Shown: in pieces, positions 32,901-41,898 of the stretch
Layout: each line of letters begins with the position of its first letter
Numbering within the stretch: position 1 is the first letter of the stretch
DNA from: Octopus bimaculoides
Lineage: Eukaryota
Direction: 5' to 3'
Length of the DNA: 41,898 nucleotides
Assembly: GCF_001194135.2 (NCBI RefSeq)
Contig: NC_069000.1
Location: 36,041,120 to 36,083,017, forward strand
Notes under the pieces: generated by a model
What the model was told of the DNA's origin: nothing
Databases searched by the model: none
The model's input: only the letters and a program-made list of their open reading frames with translations
Position numbers and translations under genes: made by a program

Positions 32901-35900
32901 CACTACAAAATTCTCTTTCTCTCTCTATTTATCTATCTATCTAATCTGTGGATGTGTATATGAGTATATATGTATACATATATACGTACAAGTGTATAGA
33001 CACACACGCACGCAAACACAAAACCTTCGTAAGTCACTTTGTTTACCTGGGTGTATTGGTAGTAGTTGTCAGTTGTTGTTCTTGGTTTAGTTAATTAGTT
33101 CCAGTCAGCTGTGCACAGCTCAACAAGCATAGTTCTTGACCAACTGTTTGGGGGCATCTCTTATATTTCCAAGCTAATGTGTTATCTTCACTGCACAAGG
33201 GGAGACACCACATTCAAGTCTGTTTGAAAAATTGTACCATACACTTTATCATCTGGTATTTGATCAGATGGAGTACATATGTGTAGCAGTAGTCTGGCCA
33301 TGATATGTTAATTTTAGTTTTGTTTTGCTTTTGTTCATTTCTCTTCTTAATGCCATATCTTTTACTTATTTTATTTTGTTTCAATTTTTTTTTTTTCTGT
33401 TAAAAAACACTCCTGAATTCCCTCAGAAGCTTCTTGCTGTGTAATGTGCCTTTAGCTCACTCTAATATAACTCTTTGCCTTAATACTGATCATTGTCTGC
33501 AAATATACCCCTTTCATCTCTTTTATCTTTAGTCATCAGATATCTATACTATTTTCTTGAACATATCTAATTTGGTTTCAAAGTGATTACAAAGTTTCTC
33601 TTTGATGCACAAACGTTATCCAGCTTTAGTATTTATTGTTCTACAAGTAACAACTGAAGCTGTTCTTTATCTTCTAAAATATTTAGCTTTTGTCCATTTT
33701 GTTTCAACTAATTTATACTAATTTCAACCTAGTGTTGACTCCTTATTAGCAGTCAGTGTTTGACTGCAACAGTATCTCTTAACTAATGCAATATAATTCG
33801 TTTGTTGAAGTATTTAGTCCAAGTATAGCAATGCAGTTTATTTTCAGACATGAAATCAGTCTGATTTTCAGTCACCAGATTATGAATTTTGAGTTCAAAT
33901 CGTCCCACCATTAGCATTCCACATTCATCTAACTGTTGGAATTGTCACATCTTTGAGGAATATCATATCTCATTTGCAATAGTCTAGCATTCCTATTCAG
34001 GAGATTTCTCTCTCATTCTCTACACAGAACCTAATTATACCTGAGGTGGCTTTACAGGCATTTATTATTTTATTTTAATATAGTTCTTATCATTGATACT
34101 CTACTACAAAGATATATTTCTTCATCTGTCATTTATATAAATTTCCATTGGCCTGTCTTGATATTTCTTTTGTTTACTCATTCCTTCGATACGTATGTGT
34201 GTATGCATGCATGCTTATATTCTGGAATTTTGATTTGTTATTGAGAAATGTCATTGTGAAATTCTGAGAAGGTTTATAAAGTGCATGATCATCCTCATTT
34301 TATCAGAGATAATAACATAGATCTGTTTTATTCTGGAGCATTTAAAATGAGGTGATATCTTTTGAGTTTTTTTTTTTGTTTGTTTCATTAGAACATAGCT
34401 ACAAATTCAAAGAAGTTTCTTAGTTCCTCAGAATCCAGACTATAGCATAACTACAAACGTAAGTGTAATTACTTCACATTTTACATATTTCAACTATTTT
34501 TAACTTGTAACTATAAGAAAATAGAAGAAGGCATTATATCTGTACAGGCACATATACACATGCATTGTACATGTGTGTATGTGTACACATATACATGTAG
34601 GCATTAATTATAGTTCTTATTGCTATTACTGACCAGTTTAGAGAGCAGAGCAATGAAGGTGGCTAAGGCAATAGGGTATCAAACTAAATGCTTTACAGAA
34701 AATGCCAGCCATTTGTGCTGCCAATTAAAATCCTGCATTTCATTTCTGCAGCAGATGTAATGAGTTTTGTTGATTTGTGGAGCTAGTGAAGTAGACTATA
34801 GGAATAACGTTCTACTCACTGATGTTGTTCTTAACATTTAGCTTTTCTAGTTTAGATCCAAATAAATCAGCATAGCTAAGTGTCTTTTTTTTTATTAAAT
34901 GTTATATTCTTGACTTGTAACATTAAAATTCTCTAGACTGAAATCTAAGAACTTTTCTTAAGGCAAGGGATAGTTTTTCTCTTTGGTGGTGTTTGACATC
35001 AGATAGCTGTAACTCTACAGTTACTTTAAATAGGTGATAATTTTTTTTTTTTTTTCACCATTTATGAGTGATGTATGAATGAGTTTATAGGAAGTACATC
35101 TGAATATCTGTATTTATTGTATGTATGAATACGTGTGTGTATCATACGTGAAAATACATTGAATGTCTACAGTTTATGTGCATGTGGGGATATTAGAATG
35201 GGTACATGAGACGTACATGTGTGTGTCTGAAGCTTTTCAATATATATCTGAGTACGGTTGCGTGAGTGTATGAACATATTCATGTATCTCCAAACACAAA
35301 AGACATATGTTCTCTCTCTTTCTCACTACCACTCTTACAATATCACACGCACCAACATGTTTTAATTAAAGGAATCTGTGATTAATCAAACAACTGAATT
35401 AAATCAGAAATAACTTAGCTATGTCTCCATTCACTTCTTCCTCTTCCACTTGTCATTCTTTCTATCTTCTCTTCTCTCTCTCTCTGTCTCTTTTCTCTTC
35501 TCCCAGATTCTCTGTCATCCAATGAGCTGGCTCCCATCGAACTGGCCAAAATACAACAAATATTGCTACACCCAGTATGGCCCTGCCTGTTTACACTGCA
35601 AGTGTATGTTGCTGCGTTTATATACACACATACGCACACATACACACAAACACACACACACACATATATATAAAGATATCAGAAGGGTGTTCATTCCCAT
35701 GTTAATTTTCTCCCTCCTTCATATTCATATCTGGAAAAAAAAATGTTATAAATAAGTTAAAGAAACTCTTAATAAAATAAAATAAATCTTCAGCAAAAAA
35801 AAAAAACTAACAAACAATTTTGCGTCTTTTTTTTTTTTTCATTTCATGTGTTTATTTATTATTTCTGTTTAACTATTAATTTCTGTAGATTTTTCTACAG

Positions 35901-36069
35901 CTGGATGCCTTCCCTGTCATCAACCCTCACCTGTTTCCAAGCAAGGTAATATTTCCTTTGATTAGACGAGTTTACACAGATTTAAAGCAGACACCTTTTA
36001 CATGATAACATTCACTTACAACGATCACAAGAAACCAAAGCAAGGAAACAATAGTACATACACATATAT

Positions 36070-36745
36070 TTTCTATCTTTTACTTGTTTCAGTCATTAGA
36101 CTGTGGCCATGCTGGGGCACCGCCTTGAAGAGTTTTTAGTTGGATGAATCAACACCAGTACTTTTTTTTTTTAGAACCCAGTACATATTCTATCAGTTTC
36201 TTTTGCTGAACTGCGAAGTTACAAGGACATAAACCAGAGCTGTGGAGTTGAAACAAAAAACTTTGATTCCGACTCTGACTCCTGTACTATTGGCACCTAC
36301 GATTCCGACTCCTCTTTATGTAATTGACTGATTGTGGTCTACATATCTCATAAAGCATACGCATAAATTTGTACTTTGAGTAGGCCTTACATGTTATAAC
36401 TGGTTTATATTAAAGGATAAAGACATTGTGAGTCCAAATCAGAGTTGGTATAGTTTTACCAACTCCGCCTCCAGCTACCCCTTAATTGTTTCTGACTCTC
36501 CGACTCCACAGCCCTGATGTAAACACACCCCAAACCAGTTGTCAAGCAGTGGTGAGGAACAAAGGCACACATACACATATGCGATGGGCTTCTTTCAGTT
36601 TCCTTCTACGAAATCCAACCACAAGGCTTTGGTTGGCCTGAGGCTATAGCAGAAGGCATTTGCCCAAGAAGCCACACAGTGGGACTGAACCCAGAACCAT
36701 GTGGTTGGAAGGCAAGCTTCTTGCCATACAGCCATACCTGCACCT
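36070..36745 (-). mobile_element. tRNA/CORE-like SINE interrupted by a hAT MITE
   Basis: Family sequence is continuous across the insert (AAGTTACAAGGACATAAAC ... ATGTAAACACACC). Confidence 0.85.
36235..36516. mobile_element. hAT-type MITE (282 bp) nested in a SINE
   Basis: TIR CAGAGCTGTGGAGTTG vs reverse complement CAGGGCTGTGGAGTCG; subterminal (CCGACT)-like repeats; 8-bp TSD ACATAAAC 36227-34 / ATGTAAAC 36517-24. Confidence 0.88.
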
Positions 36746-36754
36746 ATGTACTAT

Positions 36755-37315
36755 TATTCTTTTAGTTGTTTGAGTCATTAGACTGTGGCCATGCTGAGGC
36801 ACCACCTTGAATTTTAGTTGAATGAATCAACCCCAGTGTGTTTTATCTTTTAAACCTGATACTTATTCGATCTGTCTCTTTTGCTGGACTGCTAAGTTAT
36901 GGGGACGTAAACACACCAACACTGGTTGTCAAGCAGGGATGGGGAACACACACACACACACACACACACACAGAGAAATATATAAATATATATATAAAAT
37001 TTTTTAAATACTCCAACACACACACACACACACACACATATTTATATACGAAAAGATTCTTTCAGTTTCTGTCTACCAAATCCACTCAAGGCTTTGGTTG
37101 ACCCAGGGCTATAGTAGAAGATACTTGCCCAAGGTGCCACACAGTGGGACTGAGCCCGGAACCATACATATATATATATATATACACATATATACTACAG
37201 GCTTTTTTCAGTTTCTATCTACTAAATCCACTCACAAGACTTTGGTTGGCCAGACTACAAGAGGAGACACTTGCCTAAGGTGTCATACAGTGAGACTGAA
37301 TCCAAGACGGGCGTT
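36755..37315 (-). mobile_element. SINE plus tandem partial duplicate of its head-proximal segment
   Basis: TTCAGTTTCT.TCTAC.AAATCCACTCA...CTTGCC.AAGGTG.CA occurs at ~37060-37165 and again at ~37205-37310. Confidence 0.7.
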
Positions 37316-37904
37316 AAACGATGATGATATATATATATATATATATATGCACATACATACAAAAGATTAGGGTTCAAGTATATAGGGTAACACACATGCA
37401 TTATACATTTCTGTATAAAAACAGATTCAAGTAATATATACACACACACGTATGTGTACAACAGTTTCCTTGTCTTGACATTGCATGGTAGTTGTAGGCA
37501 AGTGCCACCATCGTGCAAGTGATGTCCTTTATTTCTAATCTTCCATGAAAAGCATGTCTGTCCATGGGGGAAATATTACTTTACTTGGTGACAGAAAGGG
37601 CGCCAGGCAATAGAAAATCGACCTCAGTAAATTCTGTGTGACACTTTCAAGCATGGATAAAGTGGATGTTAGAATGATGGTGTACTTTTTTACATCAAGT
37701 TGACTGATGTGTTACAAGTGAAATTTAGTAAATAAACATCGCAGAAATGTATAATGGGTGTGTTATTTTATAGCAAAAGATATATATATATATATATATA
37801 TATTTATATCTCCTTTGCCATAAAATAATACACACACACATATATATATATATAAAAGGGAGAGAGATGAGAAATACAAGTACAGTGAGAAACAGAAAAG
37901 ATTG

Positions 37905-38160
37905 CTTCATAAAAAAAGTATCTGGAGGCATTGTCGCATCAAGTTAAACATACTGTTATGTACACTCACAGACAGGCAGTGAGTCATTAACAAGCCCTTT
38001 GGAACGCAGCCAGTGACACTATAAAATGCACCCAAGGAAGGGCATCCAGCTGTAGAAACTATGCCAATACAGACATGGAAGTCTAACGCAGTCCTCAGCC
38101 CCATCAAATCCCTGTCAACCATCCAACCCATGCCAGCATGGAACATGGACTTCAAATGAT
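37905..38160 (+). mobile_element. RTE-tailed SINE / non-autonomous element
   Basis: GGAAGGGCATCCAGCTGTAGAAAC...CCAACCCATGCCAGCATGGAACATGGACTTCAAATGATG. Confidence 0.7.
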
Positions 38161-38290
38161 GGCCGTGTGTATTTGTGTATGTATATATATATATATATCT
38201 ATATATATGGATAGGTATGCCTCTGTGTGTGTGTTTTTAAATACACACACATACATGGAAATACATATCTCAATATATGTATGCATATTT

Positions 38291-38516
38291 AAGGTGGCAA
38301 GCAGGTAGAAACATTAGCACACTGGGCAAAATGCTTAGTGGTATTTCATCTGTCTTTACGTTCTGAGTTCAAATTCCGCCAAGGTCGACTTTGCTTTTCA
38401 TCCTTTCAGGGATCGAAAAATTAGGTACCAGTTGCATACTGGGGTCAATCTAATTGACTGCGCCCCCCCCCCCACGTCCCCAAAATTTCAGGCCTTGTGC
38501 CTAGAGTAGAAAAGAA
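38291..38516 (+). mobile_element. tRNA-headed SINE with Nin/Deu-type domain
   Basis: GAGTTCAAATTCCGCCAAGGTCGACTTTGCTTTTCATCCTTTCAGGGATCGAAAAATTAGGTACCAG. Confidence 0.85.
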
Positions 38517-38604
38517 TATATATGTATGCATATCTCTATGTATATATTTGTATATATATGAATGTGTGAGTGTCAATATGTAGATGTTATGTATGTATAT
38601 ATAT

Positions 38605-38918
38605 AAGCACAGGGGTGGTAAGAAGCTTCCTAATTACATGCTTCTGGGTTCAGTCCCACTGTGTGGTACCCTATACAAATAAGACTTGTAAGTGGATTTA
38701 GTAGAAACCCATCGTGTGTGTCTATCGCCCCACCCCCGCTTGATAACTGGTGTTAATGTGTTTACACCCCTGTAACTTAGGGGTTCAGAAAAAGAGGGAT
38801 AGAATAAGTGTCAAGCTTAAAAAATAAAGTACTGGGATTGATTCATTTGACTAAAATTCAAGGCAGTACTCCAGCATGGCCACAGTCTAATGCCTGAAAC
38901 AAGTAAAAGACAAAAGAT
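38605..38918 (+). mobile_element. tRNA/CORE-like SINE, internally shortened
   Basis: GGGTTCAGTCCCACTGTGTGG head; tail CAGCATGGCCACAGTCTAATGCCTGAAACAAGTAAAAGA. Confidence 0.75.
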
Positions 38919-38926
38919 GGATATGG

Positions 38927-38958
<32 letters not shown>

Positions 38959-39583
38959 TATATAATATAGGATAAAATCTTTATAAGAATTTATCAAGTA
39001 GTCAGCGTGAAAAAAACCTCATAATGAAAAAAATTCATCATTTTTTTTCATAAATATATATAATTTATATATAAAGGGCATTAACTGCGTAGTAATGCCT
39101 CACGCTTCGAGGGACTAAATAAGTCAAAAACTACCAAAAAATAAGCAACATATTTACCGAAAGCGAGGGAATGCAGCTTTCAAAATTAATCACTTAAAAA
39201 CATTTAACTTAACGGTANNNNNNNNNNNNNNNNNNNNNNNNNNNNNNNNNNNNNNNNNNNNNNNNNNNNNNNNNNNNNNNNNNNNNNNNNNNNNNNNNNN
39301 NNNNNNNNNNNNNNNNNNNNNNNNNNNNNNNNNNNNNNNNNNNNNNNNNNNNNNNNNNNNNNNNNNNNNNNNNNNNNNNNNNNNNNNNNNNNNNNNNNNN
39401 NNNNNNNNNNNNNNNNNNNNNNNNNNNNNNNNNNNNNNNNNNNNNNNNNNNNNNNNNNNNNNNTATATATGGGTACAATCATGACTGTGGTTCAGTGTTT
39501 TAGGTTCAGTCCTGCTGTATGTCACCTTGAGCAGGTGTTTTCTACTTCATCCCAAGTCAGTCACTTTTGTAGACAGAAACTGA

Positions 39584-40076
39584 AAGGCGGCGAGCTGGCA
39601 GAAACGTTAGCACGCCGGGCAAAATGCTTAACAGTATTTCGTCTACTGCTACGTTCTGAGTTCAAATTCCGCTGAGGTCAACTTTGCCTTTCATCCTTTT
39701 GAGGTTGATTAAATAAGTACCAGTTGTGCACTGGGGTCGATATAATCGACTTAATCCGTATGTCTGTCCTTGTTTGTCCCCTTTGTGTGTAGCCCCTTGT
39801 GGGCAGTAAAGAAATAAGAAACCGAAAGAAGCTATGCTGGTTATTAGCAATCAATTGTAATAAGTAATATTTGATAATTTCTAAGACAGTGAGCTGGTAG
39901 AATTGTTAGCATGCTTAGCAGCACTTCATCCATCTTTATCTTCTGGGTTCAAATTCTGCTGAGGTCGACTTTGCCTTTCATCCTTTTGAGGTCAATGAAA
40001 TAAGTACCAGTCGAGCACTGGGATCGATGTAATCGACTTACCCCATCTCCAAACTTTGCTGAAATTTAAAGCCAAT
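39584..40076 (+). mobile_element. Two tandem Nin/Deu-type SINEs (39584-39815 and 39881-40076)
   Basis: Both carry GTTCAAATTC.GCTGAGGTC.ACTTTGCCTTTCATCCTTTTGAGGT...AAATAAGTACCAG. Confidence 0.85.
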
Positions 40077-40124
40077 GTTTGATAATTTCACATACCATTT
40101 TTTCCATTTTCCACACAAGACAAA

Positions 40125-40730
40125 AACCAATTCTCTTTTACTTGTTTCAGTCATTTGACTGCAGCCATGCTGGAGCACCACCTTTAGTCGAGCAAATCGA
40201 CCCCAGGACTTATTCTTTTTGGAAGCCTAGGACTTATTCTATCGGTCTTTTATGCCGAACTGCAAAGTTACGGGGACGTAAACACACTACCATCAGTTGT
40301 CAAATGATGTTGGGGGGGACAAACAGACACAAACATATACACACGCATACATATATATATATACATATATACGATGGGCAATATAAAGATCCTCGCCCGT
40401 TAACGAAAAAAACAAAAAAAAAACAAACAACCTGGGTATTAAAGCCACGAATTTAAAAAAAGAAAAAAATTGGATTTAAAACACACCAGCATCAGTTGTC
40501 AAGCGGTGTTGGGGGACAAACAGACACACAAACATATACACACACACATGTACATACATATATACGACGGGCTTCTTTCAGTTTCCGTCTGCCAAATCCT
40601 CTCACAAGGCTTTGGTCGGCCCGAGGCTACAGTAGAAGACACTTGTCCAAGGTTCCACGCAGTGGGGATGAACCCAGAACCATGTGGTTGGTAAGCTAGC
40701 TACCTACCACACAGCCACTCCTGCGCCTAT
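40125..40730 (-). mobile_element. tRNA/CORE-like SINE with duplicated middle segment
   Basis: CATCAGTTGTCAA...GGGGACAAACAGACAC occurs at ~40290 and ~40490, separated by an A-rich spacer; CpG-rich head at 40690-40730. Confidence 0.8.
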
Positions 40731-40826
40731 GAGAAATAGAAATAAGACAAAGTGCTGTGACAAAAAACCCAAGATATTTTTGGTCTCTTATGCTTTTGGG
40801 TTCTACTTTAGCAATATGGTCTACTG

Positions 40827-41079
40827 CAGTGTGTTTCGTTTACCCAAGAGTTTCCAACTATTCTTTAGCCACGGACCCCATTGGTTCCTATTTTACTCTA
40901 CTGGACCTCCACAGCCATTCAATATCCATAAAAGTTTTACTGTATTTTGGTAATTAAATATTATCAGGAATTGTGTAAAAATAAGGCTAAAATATTTTGT
41001 GTATTGTAGAAGTGTAACCGATTTATTTCACGTAAGTTTTAACAACAAAATTTATATGGACCCCAGTTGAGAACCACTG
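40827..41079. mobile_element. Probable hAT-type MITE
   Basis: Right TIR GTTGAGAACCACTG is clear; left end CAGTG...TTTCCAAC...GCCACGGACCCC is degenerate; flanks GTCTACTG / GTCTACAC (6/8). Confidence 0.5.
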
Positions 41080-41898
41080 GTCTACACTTTGAAATGACCT
41101 GATCTGAATTAGGATTAAGGGTTGGGTTAGGGTCAAGTTAGCGTTTGGGTTTATAGAGTTAGAGTAAGGATTAGACTGTACGCTGAAGTGTAAATGGCTT
41201 GGTAAACTAAAACAACGTTTCCCGTCACTGACAAGTCGAGTGAGTTATAGAAAAGACCCAAGATACTGTTTGGATTTTTCTTTTTTTTTAAAATCATTTC
41301 TACATTTTAAACGACAGAAATCATTGTCTTATACTCATCTATGTATGGTAAATCTTGGATAAAATATTTTGCGATAGCACTCTCGGAGACAAGATATATT
41401 TCTCGTCTCTAAATCGCGTTGGGGAGAATCTTGAGAAATACTGACACTCCAATCAAAAGGGCAGCAGCTTCTCGAATAGCGGGTGCACGATTTTGTTCAG
41501 CGTTCTAAGTGTTAGTAAAATCTTGTTTTGTTTTTTATTCCATTTAATTTTCATGTCAAATAACAAAATAAAAAAGCAATTTCCGAAAATTGTCCCCCAC
41601 CCCATTCCAAAACACTTTCACCGGAAATTTTTGTATATTCAGATTCTACATAGTAAATACTATATGCATAGAAAATTTCATTAAAAAATATTCATTTTTC
41701 TGAAAGTTATGACCTCCCAAAGTCTGGGGGGTAAAACCCTGTAGTTATGCCAATAAAAAAACGTTTGGAATATGCACTTTCTAAAAAAACTGTTCATAAT
41801 TGTAAATTTTAGTGTTGGGTATTGCTGTAAATATTTGACGATGGGCTAAGGTGGGATAACTACGTTCTAAAGGGGAAAAAATGGGTTTTTCCCAACTT

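Noticed and set aside
38960-39217. Hairpin GGCATTA/TAATGCC and inverted AGCGTGA/TCACGCT next to a gap, considered as a ribozyme
   Set aside because: No CUGANGA core in the right order on either strand; truncated by Ns, so it is left unclassified.
1-41898. tRNA genes, rRNA, CRISPR arrays or prokaryotic systems
   Set aside because: A/B-box sequences are SINE heads without a cloverleaf; no repeat-spacer array or operon; the sequence is spliced eukaryotic DNA.

Overview
AT-rich, microsatellite-dense, intron-containing eukaryotic DNA with four N-gaps. The repeat families (tRNA-headed SINEs, RTE tails, piggyBac/hAT MITEs) suggest an octopus or other coleoid cephalopod; this is inference, not verified. 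The window holds one host gene on +: an adiponectin receptor (AdipoR/PAQR family) in six coding exons, 3486-3842, 15878-16154, 19395-19575, 22998-23185, 26711-26904 and 29148-29273. All junctions are GT-AG and phase-consistent, giving 1323 nt (440 aa + stop) with the zinc-ligand motifs intact. Most of the provided ORFs are microsatellite or repeat artefacts. The rest is transposon-derived: a 5'-truncated Penelope-like GIY-YIG element, two decayed RTE LINEs, an L2/CR1-type LINE, an internally deleted mariner, piggyBac/hAT/TA-target MITEs and many SINEs. Most interesting observations: (1) a minimal type I hammerhead ribozyme fold (1657-1746) in the Penelope-like 3' region, with a mutually exclusive 21-bp G.U-containing hairpin that could switch it off; (2) a perfect 27+39-bp foldback just upstream of the exon 5 acceptor; (3) a frame-preserving 69-nt candidate alternative exon in intron 1; (4) an FFAT-like motif in the cytosolic N-terminus and uORFs in the putative leader. 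All structures were read by eye; no folding, alignment or database search was run.
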